The notes below the pieces were generated by a model that was not told the origin of the DNA, made no database searches, and saw only the letters and a program-made list of their open reading frames with translations. Position numbers and translations under genes: made by a program. Below are positions 47,319 to 56,839 of a DNA stretch of 64,000 nucleotides, in pieces; positions within the stretch are counted from its first letter, which is position 1; the number at the start of each line of letters is the position of its first letter. Source of the stretch: a virus; the IMG/VR virus record IMGVR_UViG_3300025276_000030, positions 6,933 through 70,932 of that record; one strand, 5' to 3'.

Positions 47319-48965
47319 TTATGCTTCTGGATCTTCTGTTGGCTCTTCAAAGTCAACTGGTTCTCCTGTTAAGTCTGCTCCACCTCCATCATCTCCGTCA
47401 CCGCCTAAATCAGCAGGTAAGTCTCCATCATCTCCTCCAGTTGCTCCTCCATCTTCTCCAGGAAAGTCTCCACCGCTTCCGGCGCTACTTCCAGAGTCAG
47501 TATCTACTTCTGCTGGTTCTTCTGTTGATTTAAATGGCCCTTCTTTGTAAAGAATAGATAGTTTATCTAATGCCTGTTGGTAGTCATTAATTTTATCTAT
47601 GTAGTACCTTTTACCCATTATCTGAGCTTCAAATCCTGTTCCTGTCCACTTAAGTATGTAATCTTGTCCGTTAGCTAAGTTAACTCTGAAAGAAGTAGGT
47701 CTTGGTGATATCCAATCTATACTGTCAACAAATTCTTTAAAGTCTTCTGTTTGTAGTTTAATTAAAGTAGCTTTAAGTGTAGGAAATTTCTGTACCATTG
47801 TATCAGTAGCATCCTCTAAAACTGTATCTTTAGGTGCTTCTTCATCTCCCTCTTCTTCCGGAGTTGGTTCATCTGCTTCTTTTACTAAATCTATCTTATC
47901 AAAAACACCTTTTTTACCTTTTACAGTAAAGAAGTCTTGTTTATGACTATCCGTAAATTCAGATTCAACTTCATGCTCTTCTCCTTTTCCGTTCTTATCT
48001 TTAAGTTTAACTAAATCTCCTACTGCTTCTTCCATTGAACGTCTCATTCTCATTAGTTCATACTGGTCAGGTCTTTCTGATCTAAGGTAAGTTTGTAGTT
48101 TTCTGAAGTTTGTTTTAATTAATTCAAATAAGTCTCTAGCTTTTTTATCTTTTCTAATATCTTCATTACCCACAAGCTTCTTTATATCTTGAACGATATC
48201 TGAGAAGTTACTATACAGTCCCTCGAAAGAAGGAAGTGCAATTGGTCTGTGACCTACTTCTCCTGTAGTATCGTTTACGGATATAGTTTTAAAATAGGTA
48301 GACATAGTTGAAGATACGAAATCCTTATCTGGCCATTTAGAAATACCGTACCTGTCTTCAATACTTTTACGTACTGTTGCTGGAAGCTCTTCTAGGCCTA
48401 AGGTCTTTACTTCGTTTATATTTATACCTCTTCTAATCTTTGATAATTTTACCAATGATTTTGTATCAGCTTTAGGACTCATATTCTTAATCCTCTCAAT
48501 ACTCTTTTCTTTATCTTCTATACGTCCTTCTACCATCTTAAAATGACTTGGTAGATTCTTTATAAAAATTTCGATATCTTCTCTATTAAAAGCTTGCATT
48601 TGCTGATTCATTACGTTTAGGTAAACTCCTCTTCCTGCGCTTTCTTTTCCTGTGTAGGACCAATATCCTTTAGTAATAACTGTATCTTGGTATTTAATAT
48701 TTTTATCCACTTCAAAGCTTGGATATTCTTCTTCTGATTCTCTTAGTGTATACATATTATCCTCATCATCCCAATCTTCTTCATCGTCTTTAGAAACTTC
48801 ATCATGTACATCTTGTACCATACTGTAGTCGTTCTGTCTACGTACTTCGTCCCAAGTCATATCAAATAACTTTCGAGATGCTATTTCATATTCATCATCA
48901 GTATCAATTTCTTTTCCGGATATTTCAGCGTATGCTTCTAATATAAGTTTCTCTAATTTATGCAT
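47319..48965 (-). CDS. Acidic multi-segment putative internal head protein
   Basis: MHKLEKLILEA start; segments separated by LRES/MVEG/INEV/MEEA/VKEA; acidic Gly-rich tail. Confidence 0.6.
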   Translation of the reverse strand: MHKLEKLILEAYAEISGKEIDTDDEYEIASRKLFDMTWDEVRRQNDYSMVQDVHDEVSKDDEEDWDDEDNMYTLRESEEEYPSFEVDKNIKYQDTVITKGYWSYTGKESAGRGVYLNVMNQQMQAFNREDIEIFIKNLPSHFKMVEGRIEDKEKSIERIKNMSPKADTKSLVKLSKIRRGININEVKTLGLEELPATVRKSIEDRYGISKWPDKDFVSSTMSTYFKTISVNDTTGEVGHRPIALPSFEGLYSNFSDIVQDIKKLVGNEDIRKDKKARDLFELIKTNFRKLQTYLRSERPDQYELMRMRRSMEEAVGDLVKLKDKNGKGEEHEVESEFTDSHKQDFFTVKGKKGVFDKIDLVKEADEPTPEEEGDEEAPKDTVLEDATDTMVQKFPTLKATLIKLQTEDFKEFVDSIDWISPRPTSFRVNLANGQDYILKWTGTGFEAQIMGKRYYIDKINDYQQALDKLSILYKEGPFKSTEEPAEVDTDSGSSAGSGGDFPGEDGGATGGDDGDLPADLGGDGDDGGGADLTGEPVDFEEPTEDPEA

Positions 48966-48966
48966 A

Positions 48967-51900
48967 TTATTTAGTTCTACAATGTTTAGCTCCTTTTAAG
49001 TAAGGTGTTTTACAGTTACCTTTAACATGGACTCTTCCACATTTACCGCAACAAGTTGCTTTACTCTCCTTTAAGATCTTACCGTCTTTAATTCTACTGT
49101 GTGCGATTCCATGTACATCTCCATTTCCAAAATCTACAGTAGCTTGAGTTAAAGAGTATTTAGTAACTTTTCCTCTTCTACCGTTTAGAGTTAATGTATC
49201 TCCTACTTTTACTTCATTAGTTAACTCTTTAGTTTTTGAGTATTTAACTTTAGAACCTTCTTCCATGTGTCTTTTTCCTAGTCCCTGTAATACTCTTAGA
49301 TCTTGTACGTACTCATCTGTTTTGACTAATACCATACCTAAGTTAATGTCTTCACCCTCTGGGTCTTTAAATAAGGTTATTCGGGTTACTTTAGGATTAA
49401 AGGATGGATCTTTGTCTTTAAAGTTATTGTTATAGTATTGTGTTTGATGCATTTGGTAATCTTCACCTTCATGCTTTAGTTTATGGTATTGAACGTGAAC
49501 AAACATTGGTGCATATTGTCCCATTCTAGCTTTAATATCACTCTTGTCATGAGCATGTAAAGCTTTAATTGCAGCATCTTCACTTGCTGCTCCTTTAGGA
49601 AGTAAATCTGCAAATATCTGCTTTCCAAACATATCAGGTGAATTTTTAGCTACCATCCTTATAATATCAGCTCCTTCAAATGCATTGTCTGTGAATTCTT
49701 TTATAATTTTATTTTCAGCTATACCATCAAATTTTCTTTGTTTTAAAGCTGCCATAATAGAGTAAACAGCATCTTGTTCGGAATACCCATATCTCTTAGC
49801 CATTGCTTTGATAAATTGTGCTACTTTTTTAGAAACTTCTGGGTTTAGATTTTCATTTACTGATTCGTCATAAGCGTCGATAATGTAGGTATCCCTTAAA
49901 GCTTCTATTATTTCTAAAGCTGCTTCTTTGGGAGTTGTACCGTCTTCATTAGCCATATCAGTAACAATTTGTACGATAGCATCTAAATCTCCTCTTCCTT
50001 CTTTAATTGATTCATTATAGTCATCGTCATCCTCTCCAAAGTAGAACCCTAAGTTCTCTAATTCATCATTACTAAATTCATCACCTAATTTTTCTTGGAA
50101 GTCTGATATGCTACCAATCCATTCCATTATTACTTCTACACAGCCAGGATTATCTTCTATAAATTCATCAAATCCCTGTCTATATCCTAGGGCTCCAAAT
50201 ATCTCATCTAGGTTTCTAGCAGCAGACTCCTTTACTAACTTACCTAGGTATTTAGCTTGAGCTCCATGTCCTTTAACAGAGTTTTTTAATTGACCTACTA
50301 TCTTTTTAACTTTCTTAACTTCCCCTTTATCTAACTCCTCTGGAAGTTCATTATTATCGTAGTCGTTTTCTTCTCTTCTGTAATCCTCATAATCTGTTTG
50401 ATCACTTCCTTTGGCAGCGTCTAATATATCTCCTAATTCTGCATCTGCTTCCATTTCTGGATTAATTAACGTAACAGAGTTAGGTAAATCATCTCCTCTT
50501 CCAATATGAAGTTCGTAATCTTGACCTTCTTTATATCTAGAAGCTAAATAATTAACAGCTGATTCGATATTGTCTAGATCAAATCCAAAAGTAAATAGAC
50601 TATCATCTGTAAATCCAGCTTCACTTAGGTGCTTAGCTTTTGCTGCAGCGAAATCTCCTTTATATAGTTGGTTAACAATCTTACGTCCTAGTGCTTCTAA
50701 TTGATCTAAAGTTAATGTGTGTTGTTTTTTAAATCCTGCAAGGTATGCTTTTCCAATATCTCCATATTCTGCGGGATCTATTGCGTTTTCATTTGCACTT
50801 GTATCTACTTGTCTATCATCATAGCGAACTGCTTTACCTTTTCTAGCTTTCTCTATAGCGTTATCTATTTTGTTTAGTATATCTCCATACTTGTCAGAGA
50901 TTGGTCCTCCTTGCGGTTCTGCCTCTTGCTCCATGTCTCTCATCACTTGATCTCTTTTAGCTTCAAGTTTATCTATGATTGCTTTTACTTTAGGAGAGTT
51001 ACCAGATACTTTTTCCCAATTTGGGTTACGAGTAGGTTTGGTATTCTTTTTAATTTTATCTAATTTTTTCATGTCTCTGCCATGTTGATTAATCACTCTA
51101 GTTTTCATAGCCCAGTCGCTATTATCTGCTGCTTCATCCACTTCTACTGACTGATCTGCTAATTCAATATCGTTTGCTCTTAAGTCCATAACTACATCAT
51201 ATAAAAATGCTTCTGGATCTTCTTCTGTTTCTTGGTAAAATTCTGAGTCTTTATTATCTGAGTCATCGTACATGTCGTCGAAGTCTGTTTGATGCTTAAA
51301 AATAAAGTATATGATTGTATTCCCAGCTCCATCGTCATCTACTACATCCATTTTAACGTAAGTTGGATCAACATTTTGATCTAAGATAGCCATAGCCTTC
51401 TTATAATCATGTGATTTTACTTTTATGTAGTGGTTTTTACCTCCGTTACTTTCTTCGCTTAGAGATTTCCAGTGTTTCTGTAATTCATTGGTTAGTACGT
51501 CTACATTAATTATAGGTTCACCTGATGGTTTTGTTCCTACGTTAACTAGTACCTTGTCAAAGCTAAAATCTACTAAGTGTAGTTCGTCATTAGAGACATA
51601 AAATGAAAACTCATCGTCTCTTAATTCTCCTTTATATGTTACCTGTACTTCAAAAGAGTTAGGTTCAACTCTAATTGCTTTCATACTACCAACTTCGTCT
51701 CCTAGTGCTTTTAAGGCTTTAGCAACTGCTCTTCCAACTTCTTTAGCTAGTAGTTTAGTTTCTAATTGAGTAAACTCAATTCCTTTATCTTTATCATCTT
51801 CCTTAATTGTTGACCCTTTCGCGGTATCAATACCGGTTATTGCTGGGTCTTTCTTTAAGTCCATTGCTGCTTTTCTATCCATTTTTACAGCTTTAGTGTC

Positions 51901-52104
51901 TCCTGCTTTTGTAGTAATGAACATAGTTTCGCCTCCTTCTTCTATTAAGTGAAGTTTAGCTGTGAGAGACTCCTTAATGGTATTTAATTGTTGAACTGAT
52001 TTAGTCGCAAATTGCATATCTAATGCTGGTGCATTATTTCTGTTGATACTCTCTAAAGCTGTTTCAACTTGTGATAGACGAGATTTTAATTCTTCGTACG
52101 TCAT
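48967..52104 (-). CDS. Large acidic multi-segment putative internal head protein (1045 aa)
   Basis: Many xxE-delimited segments; C-terminal CCGKCGRVHVKGNC; TATTTATA at 52133-52140. Confidence 0.6.
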   Translation of the reverse strand: MTYEELKSRLSQVETALESINRNNAPALDMQFATKSVQQLNTIKESLTAKLHLIEEGGETMFITTKAGDTKAVKMDRKAAMDLKKDPAITGIDTAKGSTIKEDDKDKGIEFTQLETKLLAKEVGRAVAKALKALGDEVGSMKAIRVEPNSFEVQVTYKGELRDDEFSFYVSNDELHLVDFSFDKVLVNVGTKPSGEPIINVDVLTNELQKHWKSLSEESNGGKNHYIKVKSHDYKKAMAILDQNVDPTYVKMDVVDDDGAGNTIIYFIFKHQTDFDDMYDDSDNKDSEFYQETEEDPEAFLYDVVMDLRANDIELADQSVEVDEAADNSDWAMKTRVINQHGRDMKKLDKIKKNTKPTRNPNWEKVSGNSPKVKAIIDKLEAKRDQVMRDMEQEAEPQGGPISDKYGDILNKIDNAIEKARKGKAVRYDDRQVDTSANENAIDPAEYGDIGKAYLAGFKKQHTLTLDQLEALGRKIVNQLYKGDFAAAKAKHLSEAGFTDDSLFTFGFDLDNIESAVNYLASRYKEGQDYELHIGRGDDLPNSVTLINPEMEADAELGDILDAAKGSDQTDYEDYRREENDYDNNELPEELDKGEVKKVKKIVGQLKNSVKGHGAQAKYLGKLVKESAARNLDEIFGALGYRQGFDEFIEDNPGCVEVIMEWIGSISDFQEKLGDEFSNDELENLGFYFGEDDDDYNESIKEGRGDLDAIVQIVTDMANEDGTTPKEAALEIIEALRDTYIIDAYDESVNENLNPEVSKKVAQFIKAMAKRYGYSEQDAVYSIMAALKQRKFDGIAENKIIKEFTDNAFEGADIIRMVAKNSPDMFGKQIFADLLPKGAASEDAAIKALHAHDKSDIKARMGQYAPMFVHVQYHKLKHEGEDYQMHQTQYYNNNFKDKDPSFNPKVTRITLFKDPEGEDINLGMVLVKTDEYVQDLRVLQGLGKRHMEEGSKVKYSKTKELTNEVKVGDTLTLNGRRGKVTKYSLTQATVDFGNGDVHGIAHSRIKDGKILKESKATCCGKCGRVHVKGNCKTPYLKGAKHCRTK

Positions 52105-52146
52105 TATAGTGTGTTTTATTAATGTATAGCTATATAAATAAATAGA

Positions 52147-52776
52147 TTACTCTTCCCAAATAACATTTTTAAACTTCTCAGGGGATAGACCAAAGTAATT
52201 TGTTCTCCACTTTGTTTGTTCAAAAAAATCTAAATTCAACCAGTCTTTACGTTTATTCCAAAGTTTCGTAGCAACAGAATCCCAATCTTGGTTGATTACA
52301 AATGTTTCAATTTCTAACTTTTTACTTTCTATAAGATCAAAATCAAAGGAATCCCATTCATAATGAAATACCTCAAATACACAATCTTCACTTACATAGT
52401 CAATGGATATATCTATACCCCATTTAGGTTTCATCTTAATTAACTTATAAAGCATTGGGTTATCCTCTTCTGCGATTGCTTTAAGTTGATCAAGTGCAGT
52501 AGAGTCAAAGCCTTTTCTTTCAAATAAGTCTGAATGATTAATATGAGCTCCTGTTCTTTTATCCCACAATAACCAATCATACCTCAAACAATCTTCATCT
52601 CTACGTATAACAGGTTCGTACCCATTACAGGTTAAGAATGCTTGTTCTGCTTTAGTTAAATGATAACCGTTTTGATCAAACATGTCTACAGAGTGCTTGT
52701 CCTTAAGTATTTCTATATCATGAGTTGGATCTAGAAAGTAAGCGTTCCTGTTTAACTTGCTTTGGGCTATTTTCAT
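52147..52776 (-). CDS. Hypothetical protein
   Basis: 209-aa ORF, ATGA-coupled; no motif recognised. Confidence 0.7.
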   Translation of the reverse strand: MKIAQSKLNRNAYFLDPTHDIEILKDKHSVDMFDQNGYHLTKAEQAFLTCNGYEPVIRRDEDCLRYDWLLWDKRTGAHINHSDLFERKGFDSTALDQLKAIAEEDNPMLYKLIKMKPKWGIDISIDYVSEDCVFEVFHYEWDSFDFDLIESKKLEIETFVINQDWDSVATKLWNKRKDWLNLDFFEQTKWRTNYFGLSPEKFKNVIWEE

Positions 52777-52979
52777 TTACAGTGATAGTTTAAATAACGT
52801 TGTAGAGCTTTAGCATAGTGAGTACCTTTATCCTTTAATCCGGATTTAGCTGTCTTAACTATAGAGCAAGAAAGCTTACCTAATCTCTTTTTTAAGATAC
52901 CTGGTTTCACTGGGTCATGTACTCCTTCGTACATTGCCTCCAATACAAGTTCTTTTATTTTAGATTTAGTATATGGCAT
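52773..52979 (-). CDS. Small basic hypothetical protein
   Basis: [18 protein letters not shown] followed by a basic domain. Confidence 0.65.
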   Translation of the reverse strand: MPYTKSKIKELVLEAMYEGVHDPVKPGILKKRLGKLSCSIVKTAKSGLKDKGTHYAKALQRYLNYHCK

Positions 52980-53339
52980 TTATGCTGATTTTTGAAGTAT
53001 TTCTGATAGTATCTTAATTACCACTCCAAAAAGAGTTGCAAAAATTATCCAGAGTGCCTTATTAACTCCGTCTCTCCATCTCTTAAGGTCTTTAACCTCA
53101 AGCATTTTATAAGTAAACTCTTTTTCTCCTAATTCCAGTTTATTTCTAAAGACTGTGTTCACATTAGTTTTAACGATTACCCCTGTTTCCGGGTTTAATA
53201 ATGTATACTTTAAATCAGACATATTTTCTTTTAGAGCTTCTACATCTTTTTGCATAATCTTTAATTCCCCGTTGGGCATATGCTTTTTAATGTGGTGTAA
53301 CTCAGATAAGACTGATTCTAATAGCTGCTTCTGTGTCAT
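52980..53339 (-). CDS. Coiled-coil protein with C-terminal transmembrane helix
   Basis: ALWIIFATLFGVVIKIL; TATTTATA at 53368-53375. Confidence 0.65.
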   Translation of the reverse strand: MTQKQLLESVLSELHHIKKHMPNGELKIMQKDVEALKENMSDLKYTLLNPETGVIVKTNVNTVFRNKLELGEKEFTYKMLEVKDLKRWRDGVNKALWIIFATLFGVVIKILSEILQKSA

Positions 53340-53382
53340 AATCGTATTTAAATTGTATATAGTTAAATATAAATATATACCT

Positions 53383-53955
53383 TTACAGCTTACTCTTTAG
53401 ATAAGTAATATATTCCTCAAATTTTTCAGTCATTTTCTTCTTTTCTTTTGTCTTATCTACTGTCCAAGCTTCTATATCTCCTTGTTCCGTAACAAAAGTT
53501 TCTTCTGAGTCCATTACATCTGCAAATTGTTGTTCTAGTTCCTTTATCCATAGGGTCAGGTTACCTTTTCGTGCATGTAGTAAGTACTCTTCATATACTC
53601 CGGTTCTTCTCATTTCTGCTTCCCATTCTATAAAGCAATTAAAACACATCTTATTAATCTTATAAATCTGCTTACTTAGGAAATAAGACATTGTGCCACT
53701 ACATTTTGGACAATTAAGAGGTATCTGTACTGCTTTTTTTGCAGCATCTAATTTAGTTATGTTTTGCTTTAACCCATCTTTTACTGTCCACTTCTTACCG
53801 CCTTCTTCCCACACCTCTCCTTCAGAGTGTTTTTCATCTATACGGGTATATCCTGATTGAGCTTTAGTTTTAGAAGTATAGTCTTTTCTAACTAAATTTC
53901 TAATTCTCTCTACATCTGAATGTTTAAATTCTTTTTTTAGTTTACTATCCTTCAT
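53383..53955 (-). CDS. Hypothetical zinc-finger protein
   Basis: GEVWEEGGKKW; CPKC...CFNC. Confidence 0.7.
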   Translation of the reverse strand: MKDSKLKKEFKHSDVERIRNLVRKDYTSKTKAQSGYTRIDEKHSEGEVWEEGGKKWTVKDGLKQNITKLDAAKKAVQIPLNCPKCSGTMSYFLSKQIYKINKMCFNCFIEWEAEMRRTGVYEEYLLHARKGNLTLWIKELEQQFADVMDSEETFVTEQGDIEAWTVDKTKEKKKMTEKFEEYITYLKSKL

Positions 53956-54538
53956 AACCTAACTCTTTTAATCCGTTTAAAGCTTCAGTGATATCTCCAT
54001 CTTTTACTCTAAATGCGATACCTCCAGCAGCTCTCCATTGTTCTATATTAGATGGTTTATCATCAATTAAAATACTATTTTCGTTAGCATAACTCTGTTT
54101 ATTAGCTGAGTATGCAAATATAACTCTAGGTTTAGGTTCTAGGTGATTCTTTACCCAAAGTTGTTTTCCTAATCTAGAACTATTATCCCTTGATGGTGAT
54201 GTAAGTAGTTCAGGATTGTATCCTTTTATAAATGCCCATAGCCTTTGACCATTCGGCATCCAGTTCATTCCTGCCCAAAAACCTACTCCTACTGTCTGGT
54301 CTATAAATTTCCAAAACTCTTTCATTCCAAATATACGTTCAAAGTCTTTTGGTTTCTCTACTTTAGAAATATCCCTCATTGGGTAAAAGTCTTTACCTAC
54401 AGTATTTAGTTTTTCATGAAATCTACTTTCAAAGTCTGTTAAGACTCCGTCCATATCACAGTAAAGTTTATACGGTGGTCTACTTTCTTGTTCTGGAAGC
54501 GGGTATGCTTCTAATAAGTCTACTATACTATTACTCAT
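53945..54538 (-). CDS. HAD-superfamily 5'(3')-nucleotidase (NT5C-like)
   Basis: YCDMDGVLTDF, LLTSP, GKQLW, ILIDDKPSNIEQWRAAGG. Confidence 0.9.
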   Translation of the reverse strand: MSNSIVDLLEAYPLPEQESRPPYKLYCDMDGVLTDFESRFHEKLNTVGKDFYPMRDISKVEKPKDFERIFGMKEFWKFIDQTVGVGFWAGMNWMPNGQRLWAFIKGYNPELLTSPSRDNSSRLGKQLWVKNHLEPKPRVIFAYSANKQSYANENSILIDDKPSNIEQWRAAGGIAFRVKDGDITEALNGLKELGYEG

Positions 54539-54566
54539 AACCTTTATTTTTATTTATTTATATACC

Positions 54567-54597
54567 TTAATATACGAAAAATACCTCAGTGAGGCAA
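54567..54597 (-). promoter_or_regulatory. TTG-N20-TATATT promoter
   Basis: TTGcctcactgaggtatttttcgTATATTAA. Confidence 0.6.
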
Positions 54598-54618
54598 GCT
54601 TTTCAAGGGTTATTTTTA

Positions 54619-55896
54619 TTATTTCTTAGTCTTATGTAATGCTTTTCCTGCCTTCTTAGCCGCCTTAAATGCTTTAGAGTTACCGTGAGATGCTTTCTCA
54701 CCTCGTTTTTTCTTAGCATTTATATTAGCCCATAGTCCAGGTTTTTTAGCTTCATCGGTTGGGTTCTTAATAGAGTCTTCCCAATTTCTGAATGTTATAT
54801 TACCAATTGTGTAAGCTTCTTTTTCTATTTCTAGTAGTGAATCGTCTTCGTTAGTATTCTGAGTGTTTATATTAGTTAACCTTCCTTCTAAGTTCTGAGT
54901 GTGGTGAACCATTTCATGAGAAAAAGATCTCACTATATCTTTCATATGTCTACCGGAAGTAAATAATACGATTTCTTTTGCATTAGGGTCATAATGAGCT
55001 GTGCTACCGAAGAAGTTTGATGCATTTAATTCATCTTTTCTTACTGTAACTTCAGGAAGTGGCATTATATTCATACCGTTATCCACCATGTACTCTACTA
55101 ATGATCCTATAAAGTCTTTTAGCTCTAACTCATTTTTTGGTTTATTATCATGACCACATTTATGACAGATGTATAAGTCATCTCCTCCATCCTCTATGTC
55201 CCAATTCCAATCGCAATTGTCACATTCAATTTTATCACCTACAATAGCTTCATTTACAAAGTAATTGTCAATAAATCCTTCAAGGTTATTTGCTAATATC
55301 TCTGACACTATCTTATCTTTAAGGTCTGTTAATATGTTAATAATTTCTTCACTAGATAACTGTTCAGGAAAGAAATCTGCTACTTTATCTAAATTACCTG
55401 ATAGTATGGTATTTCTAAAATCTGTAGCTCTAATACCTGATCCAGGTGCTGCTGCATAAGCTAATCCTTTTACGTTAGGAGCATTTTTAAATGTTGTTAC
55501 TCTTCTTAAATCAACGAAGTCTTTATCTCCTCTTATTCCTGTAACTGATACAAATTCTTGATCTGGGTTTGCTTGAGCGTGATCTTTTGCTGCAAACATT
55601 GGATTTGCTCCTCCATCTCTTATTTCTACATTGCCTAGGTACTTAGAGTATAAGTCCCATATAGCCATTGACTCTGCTTTTGTTATACCGTTTCTCTCAC
55701 CGGCTCCAACAAACACTATAACTTTCTCTATTTTAGGTTTAGTCCCTTGTGTACCTTTAAGTAGTTCCGCTCCTGTTTCTTTATAGTTATCCTTATCGTA
55801 GATTGCTCCGCTATAAGAATTATCTAATAGAGATTTAACTACATTAAAATGACCTCTATGAGGTGGTTTATATGCTCCAGGGTATAGTGCTATCAT
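54619..55896 (-). CDS. HxGH (cytidyltransferase-like) nucleotidyltransferase fused to Zn-ribbon and HExxH domains
   Basis: ALYPGAYKPPHRGH...IRATDFR; CDNC...CHKC; SFSHEMVHHTQ...EKEAY; basic tail GLWANINAKK. Confidence 0.8.
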   Translation of the reverse strand: MIALYPGAYKPPHRGHFNVVKSLLDNSYSGAIYDKDNYKETGAELLKGTQGTKPKIEKVIVFVGAGERNGITKAESMAIWDLYSKYLGNVEIRDGGANPMFAAKDHAQANPDQEFVSVTGIRGDKDFVDLRRVTTFKNAPNVKGLAYAAAPGSGIRATDFRNTILSGNLDKVADFFPEQLSSEEIINILTDLKDKIVSEILANNLEGFIDNYFVNEAIVGDKIECDNCDWNWDIEDGGDDLYICHKCGHDNKPKNELELKDFIGSLVEYMVDNGMNIMPLPEVTVRKDELNASNFFGSTAHYDPNAKEIVLFTSGRHMKDIVRSFSHEMVHHTQNLEGRLTNINTQNTNEDDSLLEIEKEAYTIGNITFRNWEDSIKNPTDEAKKPGLWANINAKKKRGEKASHGNSKAFKAAKKAGKALHKTKK

Positions 55897-56831
55897 GCTA
55901 AAAATGCTTGTAATTTAGAATCTATCTCCTGTGGAGTAGAGTGTTGTAGTTTGTCTTGAAAAAGAGGGCTATATAACATATCGGCAATATTATCTAATAC
56001 CTCAGTATCTTTAAGGTTATTCTTTTCTTTACTAGCTCTGTACTTAAGTACTGCTGCTTTAAGTTTATCCTGTCCTGGACCTACTCCATTCTTTCTAAAG
56101 AACTTCAAAAATTCATTCTTGATTGCTTTATCTTCTGAGCGATTACCTTTATCCCATTGTACGCTTCCTACATGAGTAGAAAACTCTTTTTCCTCTCCAT
56201 CTTCCCATTCTATTGGCTTAAAGAAAGAAGATCCTCCAATACCGTTTTCCTGATTATACTTAGTAAGATAGTCTTTTATCCCGCCAGTACCTTTTTCAGC
56301 AGCTATATTAAATGCTTGTATTGGTTTATCATACTTACCTCCAAAGTCATTAACGAATATGGACATCTTACCTTTTAACTTTTGATTAAACTCTCCTATT
56401 TTTTGGTATGCATTCCTCCAGGTGGAGAATACAGCAGTTCTAGGTACATTTCTTTCTCTTTCAAAGTTACTAATATAGGATATCATTGGATGAGAGTAAA
56501 CCATGACCATATAAATATCAAAATTCATTTCAATAAGGGAAGCTAAAGTTTTATCAAACCCCACTCCTGAAGCAGTTGTATCCCATACAAAGCTAGTTTT
56601 AGATTGAGCTGCTGCTTGTACGTCTTTTGTAGTCTGTTTAGCTGCTGCTCCTAGGTTATTGTGGTACGCATGCTCTGGGTCCTCAATATATTTATCTGGG
56701 TTGAATTGTTCAAGACTATCTAATGACAATTGACGTAAGAGGTAGGTCTTTCCTGATCCTGCTCCTCCGGCCATTATTACTGCTTTTGGTCGGTCTGATC
56801 GTTCGAGTATTAAGTCTGATAGTTTGATCAT
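55893..56831 (-). CDS. Zeta-toxin-like P-loop kinase
   Basis: AVIMAGGAGSGKT, NPD, FVWDTT, NFERERNVP. Confidence 0.8.
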   Translation of the reverse strand: MIKLSDLILERSDRPKAVIMAGGAGSGKTYLLRQLSLDSLEQFNPDKYIEDPEHAYHNNLGAAAKQTTKDVQAAAQSKTSFVWDTTASGVGFDKTLASLIEMNFDIYMVMVYSHPMISYISNFERERNVPRTAVFSTWRNAYQKIGEFNQKLKGKMSIFVNDFGGKYDKPIQAFNIAAEKGTGGIKDYLTKYNQENGIGGSSFFKPIEWEDGEEKEFSTHVGSVQWDKGNRSEDKAIKNEFLKFFRKNGVGPGQDKLKAAVLKYRASKEKNNLKDTEVLDNIADMLYSPLFQDKLQHSTPQEIDSKLQAFLA

Positions 56832-56839
56832 TGTTTCTA

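Noticed and set aside
52980-53339. Holin call
   Set aside because: A single C-terminal TM helix is compatible, but no endolysin or spanin is adjacent, so the call is unsupported
55893-56831. Epsilon-zeta toxin-antitoxin pair
   Set aside because: No small antitoxin-like gene upstream; the neighbours are a lipoprotein and a nucleotidyltransferase
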